From a virus (lineage: Duplodnaviria; Heunggongvirae; Uroviricota; Caudoviricetes), in IMG/VR virus record IMGVR_UViG_3300034357_000765: a stretch of DNA of 64,000 nt. The stretch is one strand, 5' to 3'. The first letter of the stretch is position 1. Each line of letters starts with the position of its first letter. This document shows positions 26,678 through 37,025 of the stretch, piece by piece. Made by a program: the position numbers and the translations under genes. The notes under the pieces were generated by a model. It worked only from the letters and a program-made list of their open reading frames with translations. It ran no database searches and was not told where the DNA came from.

Positions 26678-28345
26678 ATGTCGTTAAAAAAAGATGTGGC
26701 TAAATTCAAGCCGAGAAAAGAACAGAGAGAGGCTTTAGAATTTATAAACTCTGAATATCAAAAGAATAAAATGAACAAGTTTTTCTTGCTCAACCTGCCA
26801 GTCGGTGTGGGAAAATCTCATTTAGCGATGATGATTTCTGATTGGTACAAAACCAATGTTAGTAAGTTTGCAAGAGTCGATGTGATAACCAATAGTAAGA
26901 TTCTACAAGATCAGTACTCTGGAACATACGACTCTATATGTGACCTAAAAGGAAAAGAAAACTATGAGTGTGAACAATATGCTTGTTCTTGTGCATCTGG
27001 TGGTGAGTTCAATCGTTTGAATAAAACCAGTTGTGAAAGTTGTCCTTATGCCAATGCCAGAGAGTCATATATTAGTGGTGGTGTTTCTCTAACAAACTTC
27101 TATTTATACATACTATACGCAATCTATAACCAGAAGCTTATGGAATCAAGAGACGCTCGAGTTCTTATCGTAGATGAATCACATGAGTTTGACGACGTTA
27201 TGTCTGATTTCGTTTCTATAAAGATAACTGAAACTATTGTTAAGAAGTTCAAATTTGCCAACGAATACGAAATCATCAAAAAGCTTAAGGCCGTTTCCGG
27301 TATACCGGGTTACGTAGAGTTTCTTAGATACCTAAATGGTGAGATATTAGAGACTTGTGAGCAGATGGAGAAAGGAATGGGTACCGTACAAAGAAACGCG
27401 AAGGAAGACAAAAGAGATTTGAAGATTTCGAAAGTTTTGAACGTAAAGAACGGAGATGTAAAACTTATGAATCTTGTTTCTGACTTAAAGCAATATCAGC
27501 TTAAGATAGAAGTATTTTTGAAAGAATATAAAGAGAATCCAGACAACTGGGTATTAGAAAGTAACTACAACGAAAAACTTAGACAAAAAGAATTGTCACT
27601 TGAACCAATCTGGGCGTTTGACTACTTAGATAAGTATGTTTTCAGTCACTATGATATGGTATTCCTTATGTCAGGAACTATTTTAGATAAAAATCTTTTC
27701 TGTACTTTAAATGGGGTAGACTCATCAAAAGCAGCTTACTATTCTATAGGATCTCCTTTCCCTGTCAATAATAGACCAATCTATTACATGCCATTAGGTA
27801 AGATGTCTTATAAGAGTAAAGAAGAAACATTTCAAAGATATATTCCTTATATACAGAAACTACTTGATAAATACAAGAATAAGAAGGGTATCATACATAC
27901 CAATTCGTTCGAACTTTCCAACTGGATTCAAAAGTCTATTAAAGACAATCGATTGATATTTCACGACTCGTCTAACAAAGACGAGATGTTGAAACTACAC
28001 TTTGAAAGTGAAGAACCGACAGTTATAGTTTCACCTTCAATGGGAACAGGAGTCAGTTTTGATAATGACCGAGCAAGATTTCAGATAATCGCAAAAATAC
28101 CTTATCCAAGTTTAGGTTCACAAAAGAACAAAATGAGACAAAGCAACAATCCGGAATGGTATTCCTGGAAGACCGTATGTGGAATTGTTCAGATGACTGG
28201 TCGTTCTGTAAGATCTAACACAGATTATGCCGATACTATTATTATTGATGGTGGTTTTGGAGATGTAATCAAACATAGCTCTCATTATTTACCAGATTGG
28301 ATACAAGAAGCAATCAAACGAATAAACATAAAAATAGAAGCATAA
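26678..28345 (+). CDS. DinG/XPD-family SF2 helicase
   Basis: LPVGVGKSH (Walker A), Cys cluster (ECEQYACSC..SCESCPY), VDESH, MSGT, SPSMGTGV, QMTGRSVR. Confidence 0.9.
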   Translation: MSLKKDVAKFKPRKEQREALEFINSEYQKNKMNKFFLLNLPVGVGKSHLAMMISDWYKTNVSKFARVDVITNSKILQDQYSGTYDSICDLKGKENYECEQYACSCASGGEFNRLNKTSCESCPYANARESYISGGVSLTNFYLYILYAIYNQKLMESRDARVLIVDESHEFDDVMSDFVSIKITETIVKKFKFANEYEIIKKLKAVSGIPGYVEFLRYLNGEILETCEQMEKGMGTVQRNAKEDKRDLKISKVLNVKNGDVKLMNLVSDLKQYQLKIEVFLKEYKENPDNWVLESNYNEKLRQKELSLEPIWAFDYLDKYVFSHYDMVFLMSGTILDKNLFCTLNGVDSSKAAYYSIGSPFPVNNRPIYYMPLGKMSYKSKEETFQRYIPYIQKLLDKYKNKKGIIHTNSFELSNWIQKSIKDNRLIFHDSSNKDEMLKLHFESEEPTVIVSPSMGTGVSFDNDRARFQIIAKIPYPSLGSQKNKMRQSNNPEWYSWKTVCGIVQMTGRSVRSNTDYADTIIIDGGFGDVIKHSSHYLPDWIQEAIKRINIKIEA

Positions 28346-28372
28346 AAAAAACCACTCAATGAGTGGTTTTTT
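28344..28372. terminator. Bidirectional intrinsic terminator
   Basis: AAAAAAACCACTCA-A-TGAGTGGTTTTTT. Confidence 0.85.
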
Positions 28373-28400
28373 GTTTATATATAATTCGATGATACTCTAA

Positions 28401-29006
28401 TTATTTTTTACTTTGTGTTTTTGCGATTCTTCCTTTCAAAGGTACTTTTTTGATAGGTGCGTCTTTTTTACCAGTTTCTTCTTTATCGTCTTTTTTATCT
28501 TTGGCGTCTTTAGCAGCTTTTTTCATTGGCTCTTTTTTGTCACCATCTTTGTCTAAATCTAAGAAATCAGGTTTAGCTCCTTTTTTAGCAGGTGCTTTTT
28601 TGTCATCTTTTTTATCGTCTTCTTTATCATCAGACTTTTTACCTTTAAGACGTTCTTTGAATTTCTTTTGTGCTGCAAGTTGTGCTGCAGAGAATTTTTT
28701 CTCTTCGTTTACGAAAGATCCAAAAGATTTAACTCTTTCTAAAGTTTGTGCATCGTTCCAGTCTTTAACTTCTTCGTCTCCGTCTTCACAATCATCACAT
28801 TCTTCACCATCTTCGTCGAAGTATTCTTCTTCTTCACCGTAAGTATCTTCTTCGTCTTCTTCCCCTTCTTCAGAATGGAATACTTCAAAGTCTTCTTCAT
28901 CTTCCTGACCATATTTTGGTGCGAAAGCGTCTTTTTCTTCTTCTGCTCCAAATCTGTTCAATTCGAAGTTTTCAAACTTTTTTAAATGTTTCATAGTTTT
29001 AGTCAA
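28401..29006 (-). CDS. Acidic-then-basic candidate prohead core/internal protein
   Basis: MKHLKKFENFE; PDFLDLDKDGDKKEPMKKA (EF-hand-like loop seen in T4-like head proteins). Possible start at 28994. Confidence 0.7.
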   Translation of the reverse strand: MTKTMKHLKKFENFELNRFGAEEEKDAFAPKYGQEDEEDFEVFHSEEGEEDEEDTYGEEEEYFDEDGEECDDCEDGDEEVKDWNDAQTLERVKSFGSFVNEEKKFSAAQLAAQKKFKERLKGKKSDDKEDDKKDDKKAPAKKGAKPDFLDLDKDGDKKEPMKKAAKDAKDKKDDKEETGKKDAPIKKVPLKGRIAKTQSKK

Positions 29007-29068
29007 TTAGTTTTATAATGATATATATTAAAATAAAAAATCGTTTTTTTACTTTTTATATATAGAAT

Positions 29069-30352
29069 ATGAGATTATTAAACTATTTTGACTTTATTCT
29101 TGAAGAAAGATCTGAATTGAAGGGTCAGATGAGATATTCGGCTGAAATGAAAAGCAAACTCAACAAGATTGGTGGTAAAGTCGCAGAAGCACTTCTTGAT
29201 CTTGAGATGACTGAGCAAGAGTTTACATATATTGATTTAGGAGAAAAAGACAATACAATCACATTTATTGAAGTAGATAAAGTATTTGACTTCCTAAAAT
29301 CGAAAACGGCTATGCCACCTGGTTATCTAAATAGGTTCATAAGAATAACATGGCTTAGTAAAGAAGATGCTCGTCACGTCGAATTAAAGATTGGTAAGTT
29401 TACTAAATCACTTTTATTGGATACTTTTACCGATCCAGAATATGGTGAGTTTGTTGATAAATGGAGAGCACTGAAAGATATCTCAACATTCGAGCTTTGG
29501 AAAGGACAAGACATAATGGATGCATATAGCTCGGAAAACTATGAAGATTGTAGTGGATCTCATTTAGACAACTCATGTATGAATGATAGTGAATATGTTC
29601 TTTTCTATTCCGCTATAGAAGAATGTGAAGTTTTAGTTCTTTTAGATGAAGATAGGTCTTATGGTCCTACTATAAAAGGAAGAGCATTAGTTTGGACAGA
29701 TTATAAAGGAAGAAGAATAATGGATAGAGTTTACTATAACTTCAGTAAGGACTATCAAAAGTTTTTAAACTGGGCAAAAGAAAATAATGTTTATTACAAA
29801 AAGACTCAAAGTACATTCATATTAGGTGATAAAGAAGAAAGGATTGAAACAAAAATAAAAGTTCCTAATGTATTCACATATAGAGGCGATGGATTTCCTT
29901 ATATGGATACTTTCTGCTATGCACAAGACGAATGGGTAATGAACTACGAACCAGATGGTAGATACTACAAACTTCAGGATACCGATGGCGAATATGAAGA
30001 ATTCAACTCTTTGGTGGATATATATGGTGAAGAGATTGAAGATATCTCTGACTATGTATTTTCTGAATATCAAAATGGATATATCTGGAAGTCAGATGCA
30101 GTTCATCTTAAATATGATGGTGGCTCCGGTTTTGAAAGCTATTCTTTTGAAAGCTGGTTGGAAAGTGAATTTGTTGAGACAGGAATACCTCAATACGGGA
30201 AAAGAGTAAGTTTCGTAGAGATTGATGGAAAATGGTATTTTCAAAAACATTGTGTCTATTCCGAGAAAGAAGGACAATGGATCTGGAGACCAGAGGCAAT
30301 CTATAATAATGGAGACTGGGCTTCTAATGAAAATTTCAATCCAGGAAAATAA
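29069..30352 (+). CDS. Conserved phage hypothetical protein with capsid-targeting-like N-terminus
   Basis: MRLLNYFDFILEE; NSCMN, GRALVW, MDRVY, FPYMDTF motifs. Confidence 0.7.
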   Translation: MRLLNYFDFILEERSELKGQMRYSAEMKSKLNKIGGKVAEALLDLEMTEQEFTYIDLGEKDNTITFIEVDKVFDFLKSKTAMPPGYLNRFIRITWLSKEDARHVELKIGKFTKSLLLDTFTDPEYGEFVDKWRALKDISTFELWKGQDIMDAYSSENYEDCSGSHLDNSCMNDSEYVLFYSAIEECEVLVLLDEDRSYGPTIKGRALVWTDYKGRRIMDRVYYNFSKDYQKFLNWAKENNVYYKKTQSTFILGDKEERIETKIKVPNVFTYRGDGFPYMDTFCYAQDEWVMNYEPDGRYYKLQDTDGEYEEFNSLVDIYGEEIEDISDYVFSEYQNGYIWKSDAVHLKYDGGSGFESYSFESWLESEFVETGIPQYGKRVSFVEIDGKWYFQKHCVYSEKEGQWIWRPEAIYNNGDWASNENFNPGK

Positions 30353-30364
30353 TATATAGAATAT

Positions 30365-31276
30365 ATGGCAACGATTAAAAGATTCAATCAATATTTCTCT
30401 AACGAACTTATGACTAATTTCGTGGTAGATTCACTATTAACAGTATCTGAAGGAAGAGACTCAAATGCGAACGCAAAAATAGAAGAGTATAAAAACGAGT
30501 TTAGAAAAATAAAAGACGATTTAGGACTAAACTCTAGACTTATTCCTACATTTGGATTTGGTATTGGTGGTTTTTATCCTATAGTCGAAAGTATAATGAG
30601 ACTTGAGGGATTTGAGATATCTAGAAGAAGTGTTGTTCTTCTTACTTTAGCCGCCATATCTATAATAATAATCGGAGATGGTAAGAAAAAAGACAAAAAA
30701 AGTGAGGCAGATGTTGAAAGAGACTTGGTTGTTGATGATATAAATGTTAAAGTTCTTCAAGAACTTAATCAAACGGTTTCTCCAAACTCCTCTACTGGTC
30801 AATCTCCTATCTTAAAAAAAGTAGTTTCTATAATAAAGTCATTCCACGAATCATTTTGGAAAAAAATATTCAAAGGTGAACTTAAAAATACTCTTACAGG
30901 GCTTAGATCTAAAGTAAAGATGACATGGGACTCTGTAAAGACTGGCTTTAATCAAGCCGCGGGTGGTCTTATCGATATGCTTGCTTATACTGCAATGCTT
31001 ATTCCTGTTATGAATGTTTTAGACAACGCGATAAACAACTTTCCTGACCTTTTCAAAACTGCTCAGATTCTTCCAGAGAACCTATTGGCATTTGCCGGTG
31101 GTATTGGTGTAGTTGTTGCTAAGCATGGAATAGCAAAGCTTATTTCAAGATTTGGTGACACAGAAGACGAACAAGAGATAATGGATGAGATTGAAACGCC
31201 TATAATACAAAAAATCGCTAACTACAAAGACTTTGATTCTGAGGCACAACCACCTCTTATAAAGGAAGAGCCTTGA
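30365..31276 (+). CDS. Candidate head-internal protein with hydrophobic segments
   Basis: MATIKRFNQYFSNE; VVLLTLAAISIIII; LLAFAGGIGVVVA. Confidence 0.7.
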   Translation: MATIKRFNQYFSNELMTNFVVDSLLTVSEGRDSNANAKIEEYKNEFRKIKDDLGLNSRLIPTFGFGIGGFYPIVESIMRLEGFEISRRSVVLLTLAAISIIIIGDGKKKDKKSEADVERDLVVDDINVKVLQELNQTVSPNSSTGQSPILKKVVSIIKSFHESFWKKIFKGELKNTLTGLRSKVKMTWDSVKTGFNQAAGGLIDMLAYTAMLIPVMNVLDNAINNFPDLFKTAQILPENLLAFAGGIGVVVAKHGIAKLISRFGDTEDEQEIMDEIETPIIQKIANYKDFDSEAQPPLIKEEP

Positions 31277-31352
31277 TTCTTTCATGCGGATTTAATTTAA
31301 ACTAACCACTATAGTTTGATATAATACATGTTAAAATAATTAAATCCACAAA

Positions 31353-32684
31353 ATGACAACGCCTCAACTAGAGAAAGTTTATTTCAATTACATACTGAAC
31401 AACAAGAAGTATTTCGATATTGTAAAGTCCTATTTTTTCAGAAACTCTGAAATACAGTTCGTCTATGGCGTGATAAGAGAGTATATGCTCAAAGGAGACG
31501 CAAAAGTACCTACTCCGAGACAGATACTTGACATGGTCAACATCGAGGACAAAGAAGCACTTATCACCAAAGAGATATTAAAATCAATACTTCAAGTAGA
31601 CTTGAAAGAGTATGATGAAAAGAACTTCATCGAACCAAACTTCAATGGTTGGGTATTGGCAAATCGTTTAAAGACAGGAACCGTAGACATCATTGATGAA
31701 ACAAGAAACTTAGATTCTATTTCAGACTTTGGTAAAGCAGTTGAAGCCGCCAATCGAATAAGAGGAATCGTAGAAGAAATGTCTTCAACCAACTTCATAC
31801 AAGACGATGACATGGGATCCGACTTTGATGACGCAGAACATCACGTACAAGACTCTTCGAGATTTAAAGTAAAGTGTGGATATGAAACTATTGACCATAT
31901 GCTTGGTGGTGGTTGGGATATCTCTACACTAAATGTAATCATGGCTCAAACAAATGGTGGTAAGTCATTATGGATGCAAAACTTTGCTGTTCAGTCTGCC
32001 AACATGGGTCATAACGTTCTTTATATAACACTCGAGATGAGTGAAAGAAAGGTTATGAAGAGACTTGGTGCGATGAGACTTCATATCCCTATCAATGACT
32101 ATGATACTCTCTCTAAAGACACCGAAATGATTAAGAAGAAGATTGCCAACCTATCTAAGACGGTTGGAGGAAACGATTTATTTGAGAAAAAAGTTGGTAA
32201 GATTATCACAAAATTCTGGGCAGCAGGAACTGCCACCGTTCAGGATTTTGACAACTACATTCAGAAGTTAAAAGAAAAGAAGGATATAAAAATCGACATG
32301 ATAATAGTCGACTATATTACTTTGGTTGCAACTGTAAAAGGAGCGATGGCAGACAACCTTTATACAAAAGGTAAAAATCTTGCAGAGGGTTTAAGAGCAG
32401 TTGGTGCAAAATACAAATGTCCTGTAATCACAGGAGTACAGGTTGCTAAAGATGCTTGGAATGCATCAGACATAACATTAGAATCGGTTCCAGAATCAAA
32501 GGCAATTGCAGAGACTGCAGATACTTTCTTTGCCATAATAAGAACAGAAGAAATGAAAAGACAAAATATGTTTAGGTTTAAACTTCTAAAGCAACGTGAT
32601 GGAGATTTTTCCAAATCACAGATAAAGCTTAATCTTAACCCTACCTTTTTGACATTAGAGAACGATCAATTCATTGATCAATAA
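31353..32684 (+). CDS. Replicative helicase (T4 gp41/DnaB-like)
   Basis: MAQTNGGKSLWM (Walker A), YITLEMSE, IIVDYI, ESKAIAETAD, KQRDG. Confidence 0.9.
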   Translation: MTTPQLEKVYFNYILNNKKYFDIVKSYFFRNSEIQFVYGVIREYMLKGDAKVPTPRQILDMVNIEDKEALITKEILKSILQVDLKEYDEKNFIEPNFNGWVLANRLKTGTVDIIDETRNLDSISDFGKAVEAANRIRGIVEEMSSTNFIQDDDMGSDFDDAEHHVQDSSRFKVKCGYETIDHMLGGGWDISTLNVIMAQTNGGKSLWMQNFAVQSANMGHNVLYITLEMSERKVMKRLGAMRLHIPINDYDTLSKDTEMIKKKIANLSKTVGGNDLFEKKVGKIITKFWAAGTATVQDFDNYIQKLKEKKDIKIDMIIVDYITLVATVKGAMADNLYTKGKNLAEGLRAVGAKYKCPVITGVQVAKDAWNASDITLESVPESKAIAETADTFFAIIRTEEMKRQNMFRFKLLKQRDGDFSKSQIKLNLNPTFLTLENDQFIDQ

Positions 32685-32727
32685 ACAAAGCTATTATTAG
32701 TTTATATAAAAAAAAACATTATATTTT

Positions 32728-33687
32728 ATGGCCAAGAAAACCAGAGACGAAGACGACTTCGAAGACGAAATGGACGACAACCTAAACGAAATAGTCGAAG
32801 ACCAATCAGATGAAGACGACACAGATGACGATTCGGATGACGAAAAATCAGGAGTAAGTCTTGATGACGACGATGACGTAGACATTGACATACTGATTGA
32901 GATAGACGAAGACGATTTAGAACTTTTAGATAAAGAAGAAGAAAAGAAAGACGAAGACTCAGAGAACGATATAGTTCTTTCTAAACACAAGCTTGAAGGA
33001 AAACACTCACTTAAATACGACTCTATCTTTAAAGGTAAGAAAGAAGATCCTTTGGATGAAGATGACATGGATGGATTCGCACTTTACCACAAAGAGTCTA
33101 TTGAAGTTGATAAATCTTCAAACTACTACTTTGAATCTATTGACAACGAAGCTTATGTTAGAACAAAGCTTGTGAAAGAAAAAGTTTATTTAGTATTGAG
33201 TGAGAACACCAGTCTTAACTTTTTAAACAACAGAAGAAAACCATCAAGAGTAGACTTTAATGAGTATTTCAATCTTCTAAAGAAACATTTAGATAGTGAA
33301 AGTTTTACAAACATAGAACTTTTTAACGAGCTTGCGGTATATTTTTCAGACAATCTTTTCAACATGTTCAAACTACTTGACAACAAATGGAGAAACCAAA
33401 TAATAAATGAGTTGCAGGAACATATTGGAAAAACTTCTAACTCTAAAGAAGTTCAGAATAGAAACATCTATGAAGGTACAGAAATAGAATTTGAATGGGA
33501 AGACGAGTTCGGTGAACCTATGATTATAACAGGAGTGGTAATGGAAACAGACTATCCTAACTCTACTTTCAACGTAGATTCGTATGAAAATATTTATGAA
33601 GTTCATTTGAGTATCATAACAAAAATTCTAAATAACAACAAATTTAAAAACAATTTAAATAAACTTAACAATATTGACTTTTTATAA
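32728..33687 (+). CDS. Hypothetical protein with very acidic N-terminus
   Basis: 319-aa ORF in the replication block. Confidence 0.7.
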   Translation: MAKKTRDEDDFEDEMDDNLNEIVEDQSDEDDTDDDSDDEKSGVSLDDDDDVDIDILIEIDEDDLELLDKEEEKKDEDSENDIVLSKHKLEGKHSLKYDSIFKGKKEDPLDEDDMDGFALYHKESIEVDKSSNYYFESIDNEAYVRTKLVKEKVYLVLSENTSLNFLNNRRKPSRVDFNEYFNLLKKHLDSESFTNIELFNELAVYFSDNLFNMFKLLDNKWRNQIINELQEHIGKTSNSKEVQNRNIYEGTEIEFEWEDEFGEPMIITGVVMETDYPNSTFNVDSYENIYEVHLSIITKILNNNKFKNNLNKLNNIDFL

Positions 33688-33782
33688 AAGTAATTTTTAC
33701 GACTATAAAAAATCTTTTTTTTTCGAGCATTTGAAATTTTAAATCAAATTTTTAATCAATATATAAAAAACAAAAATAAAAA

Positions 33783-36335
33783 ATGAGCATGATAAAAGTA
33801 ACAAAAAGAAATGGCAAGAAGGAGCCAGTGAAGTTTGATAAGATCGTGGATCGTATAACTCAGCAAACTTACGGGCTAGACCAGAAATGGATCGTGCCTT
33901 TCGAGATTGCCCAAAAGGTAATCGAAGGAATCACTCCCGATGTTAAGACTTCTATTCTTGACCAGCTTTCGATGGAGACCGCAGCGTCTCTTGCAACAAA
34001 GCATCCTGATTATTCGATACTAGCCGCGAGATTGGCGATTACATCTTTACACAAAGAAACTAAGAAAAGTTTCTCTGAGACTGTAGAAGATTTATACAAA
34101 TACGTTGACCCTAAGACTGGACTACACTCTCCAATCGTCTCTGAAAAATTCAACGCTTTAGTAAAAGCACACGCAGACGAAATTGATTCTGCGATTGTTC
34201 ACTCTAGAGATCACAACTTTGACTATTTTGGATTCAAAACATTAGAGAAATCTTATCTTTTGAAGATTGATGGTAGAGTTGCTGAAAGACCTCAGTATAT
34301 GTATATGAGAACTGCACTTCAAATCTGGGGAGAGAACCTAGAAAGAGCATTCAAAACGTATAACGAACTATCAGAAGGGTATTACACTCACGCAACTCCA
34401 ACGTTGTTCAACTCTGGAACTCCAAGACCTCAATTGTCTTCTTGTTTCCTTTTAGATACTGAGTCGGATTCTATCGAAGGTATCTTTGATACTTTAAAAG
34501 AAGCGGCTTTGATTTCTAAAAATGCAGGTGGTATCGGTATTTCTTTTAACAAAGTAAGATCTAAAGGAACTTACATTGCAGGTACAAACGGAACTTCAAA
34601 TGGTATCGTTCCTTTTTTGAAAATCTTCAACGAAACTGCAAGAGCGGTGGACCAAGGTGGTGGAAAAAGAAAAGGATCTATTGCAATCTATATGGAACCG
34701 TGGCACGGTGATATCATGGACTTCTTGGATTTGAGAAAGAACCAAGGTAAGGATGAGATTAGAGCTAGAGATTTATTCTTGGCAATGTGGATGAACGACC
34801 TTTTCATGGAAAGAATCGAACTTGATGAAGATTGGGCTTTGATGTGTCCTCACGAATGTGCTGGTCTTAATGAGACTTACGGTGAAGAGTTTAGAGCACT
34901 TTATACTAAGTATGAAGCAGAAGGTAAATACAAAAAGGTTGTTAAGGCTAGAGATGTTTGGAACAAAATTTTAGAATCTCAAATCGAAACAGGAACTCCT
35001 TATTTACTTTACAAAGATTCTATCAATATGAAATCTAACCAATCAAATATTGGAATCATCAGATCCTCAAACCTTTGTGCAGAAATTGTTGAGGCAACTG
35101 GAGCTACTAAGACTCAAAAGGATATTTTGAATAACAAAGAATTGTTAGAGAAATTAGGATTAGGAGATTTCTATGGTGAAGAGTCTATAAACGAAACAGC
35201 TGTATGTAATTTAGCATCTGTTGCTCTTCCTAAGTTTGTCAATAAGAACAAAACATACAACTACAACAAATTGTATGAAGTTGCTTACGATGCTATCGTA
35301 AACTTAAACAACGTTATTGATGTGAACTACTATCCTTCAAGAGGTGCTAAGTTTTCAAACTTATGTCATCGTCCAGTTGGTTTAGGTGTTCAAGGATTGG
35401 CAGATGTTTACTTTATGATGGGACTTCCTTATGAATCAGAAGAAGCTAAACAAATCAACAAAGAGATTTTTGAAACTATCTATTACGCTTCTATCAAAGC
35501 TTCTTGTGACTTAGCTAAAGAACAAGGTACTTATGCTACTTACGAAGGATCTCCAATCTCTAAAGGAGAATTTCAGTTTGACTTATGGGGTGCTAAACCT
35601 AGTAAAAGATGGGATTGGGAAAAACTTAGAGAAGAAGTTAAGAAACACGGTGTTAGAAACTCTCTAACGACTTGTATCATGCCAACTGCATCAACTGCAT
35701 CTATCTTAGGAAACGAAGCATCTTGTGAGGCACAGACATCAAATATGTACACAAGAAGTGTTCTTTCTGGAACTTTCATTATGGTAAACAAATACTTAGT
35801 GAAAGAACTTGTTAAACTTGGATTGTGGAATGAGGCATTAAGAAAGAAAATCATTACTGAAAACGGTTCTGTTCAGAATGTTCCTGAGGTTCCCACGAAC
35901 TTGAAAGAAATATTCAAAACTGTTTATGAGATTAAACAAAAAGACGTTATTGATATGGCGGCTGAAAGAGGTGCTTTCATCGACCAAACACAATCAATGA
36001 ACATCTTTATGGATTCTCCAAACTTTGCTAAGTTAACTGCTATGCATTTTTATGGTTGGGGAAGAAGAAACTTTATGAAAAATGAAAATGGTGAGATTAT
36101 CATACCACAAGGTGATAATATACAAATCATTTATGATTCAGAAGGTGAGGCAAGATGTTATAGAGATAAGAGATATAGTTTGAAAACTGGGATCTACTAT
36201 TTAAGAAACAAATCTGCAAACGATGCTGTTAAGTTTACGGTTCAAGAAGAGTCTAAGAAAACTGTTGAAGAACAAATGGCAGAAATCAGTTGTTCACTTG
36301 ACAATCCAGATGATTGTTTGGCGTGTGGAGCTTAA
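33783..36335 (+). CDS. nrdA: Class Ia ribonucleotide reductase alpha subunit with ATP cone
   Basis: VTKRNG ATP cone, ATPTLFNSG, QLSSCFL, SNLCAEI, VCNLAS, MPTAST, LKTGIYYLR, C-terminal CxxxxxxxCLACG. Confidence 0.97.
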   Translation: MSMIKVTKRNGKKEPVKFDKIVDRITQQTYGLDQKWIVPFEIAQKVIEGITPDVKTSILDQLSMETAASLATKHPDYSILAARLAITSLHKETKKSFSETVEDLYKYVDPKTGLHSPIVSEKFNALVKAHADEIDSAIVHSRDHNFDYFGFKTLEKSYLLKIDGRVAERPQYMYMRTALQIWGENLERAFKTYNELSEGYYTHATPTLFNSGTPRPQLSSCFLLDTESDSIEGIFDTLKEAALISKNAGGIGISFNKVRSKGTYIAGTNGTSNGIVPFLKIFNETARAVDQGGGKRKGSIAIYMEPWHGDIMDFLDLRKNQGKDEIRARDLFLAMWMNDLFMERIELDEDWALMCPHECAGLNETYGEEFRALYTKYEAEGKYKKVVKARDVWNKILESQIETGTPYLLYKDSINMKSNQSNIGIIRSSNLCAEIVEATGATKTQKDILNNKELLEKLGLGDFYGEESINETAVCNLASVALPKFVNKNKTYNYNKLYEVAYDAIVNLNNVIDVNYYPSRGAKFSNLCHRPVGLGVQGLADVYFMMGLPYESEEAKQINKEIFETIYYASIKASCDLAKEQGTYATYEGSPISKGEFQFDLWGAKPSKRWDWEKLREEVKKHGVRNSLTTCIMPTASTASILGNEASCEAQTSNMYTRSVLSGTFIMVNKYLVKELVKLGLWNEALRKKIITENGSVQNVPEVPTNLKEIFKTVYEIKQKDVIDMAAERGAFIDQTQSMNIFMDSPNFAKLTAMHFYGWGRRNFMKNENGEIIIPQGDNIQIIYDSEGEARCYRDKRYSLKTGIYYLRNKSANDAVKFTVQEESKKTVEEQMAEISCSLDNPDDCLACGA

Positions 36336-36339
36336 AAAT

Positions 36340-36372
36340 AAAAATAGTGAGATTTTTTCTCACTATTTTTTT
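36340..36372 (+). terminator. Intrinsic terminator after nrdA
   Basis: AAAAATAGTGAGA-TTTT-TTCTCACTATTTTT. Confidence 0.8.
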
Positions 36373-36390
36373 GTATTTGAATTTTATTCT

Positions 36391-36398
36391 TATCTTTG
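36391..36398 (+). promoter_or_regulatory. Bacteroidota sigma70 -7 element pointing into the ncRNA-Ro60 locus
   Basis: TATCTTTG; a one-mismatch copy, TATATCTG, lies at 36515-36522. Confidence 0.5.
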
Positions 36399-36605
36399 TA
36401 GAAGAATAATCGACTATAAAAAATCCACTTTAGAAAAAAACGAAATTTTAGAGGTCGATATATACTAAACAAAATAAAAAACTTTAAAACTTTTTGGTAG
36501 ATTGAAATATAAAATATATCTGTGTAAGACAAAATCAAGCAAAGAAATATTTTTAACTAAATCAAAACTTTTTAAAAAAACTTAATAAAACATAAACAAT
36601 ATTTA

Positions 36606-36675
36606 ACCGTAGCAAGACAAAAGAGTTACTTCGAAATTGGATTCTAAAAAAACACTCTTTATCGCTTTTCTCGGT
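36606..36675 (+). ncRNA. Short Y-RNA-like hairpin (unit 1)
   Basis: Terminal ACCG/CGGT; AAAGAGT(36620-26)/ACTCTTT(36654-60) helix continuing past a bulged C; contains AGTTACTTCGAAA; lies upstream of Ro60. Confidence 0.5.
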
Positions 36676-36685
36676 CATTTTATTA

Positions 36686-36974
36686 TAGCAAACATAGCAA
36701 TAGTTTAAGTTACTTCGAAACTAAATTATAACTACGATCGAAAGTGCCTAGCGACAGCGAAGCTACTGAATCAAGAAACGAAGCTCGAAAGAGACATTCT
36801 TGATTAAAGTGAAAAAGTCCAGTTGACTACTGAAGTCCTCTTTTTAAGAGGCGGCGTCAAGGAAAAAGTTTACTTCCTTTAAATAAAAAAACTCGTGGGA
36901 TGGACACGTTAACCACAGGCAGAGTTTCGGGAGAATTCTCTGTAACGCCTTAGGCTAACCTTTCTTGTTTGCTA
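36686..36974 (+). ncRNA. About 290-nt multi-hairpin structured RNA (unit 2, long Y-RNA-like)
   Basis: Closing stem TAGCAAACA(36686-94)/TGTTTGCTA(36966-74); second AGTTACTTCGAAA; GCCTAG/TTAGGC; AATCAAGAA/TTCTTGATT enclosing CTC-GAAA-GAG; CCTCTT/AAGAGG; TTGAC/GTCAA; GTGG/CCAC; GCAGAG/CTCTGT. GC-richer than the flanks and without an ORF. Confidence 0.65.
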
Positions 36975-36985
36975 AACTACTAATG

Positions 36986-37025
36986 ACCAGAATACTACAG
37001 AAATGTACTATTCTGGTTTTTTTTT
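36986..37025 (+). terminator. Intrinsic terminator/attenuator just upstream of the Ro60 start
   Basis: ACCAGAATA-C-TACA-GAAA-TGTA-C-TATTCTGGT followed by a T9 run, ending 24 nt before ATG 37050. Confidence 0.75.

Noticed and set aside
35070-36200. Inteins or introns in nrdA
   Set aside because: The insertions are short and in frame, and lack C/S...HN intein ends or group I intron core elements.
36600-36980. tRNA or tmRNA gene
   Set aside because: No cloverleaf with a T-arm GTTCRA and acceptor CCA could be built, and there is no tmRNA tag frame.
36808-37010. Resemblance to RNase P RNA (GAAAAAGTCC ... ACAGAA)
   Set aside because: The P4 pseudoknot complement is not present and ACAGAAA sits in the terminator loop; only superficial similarity.
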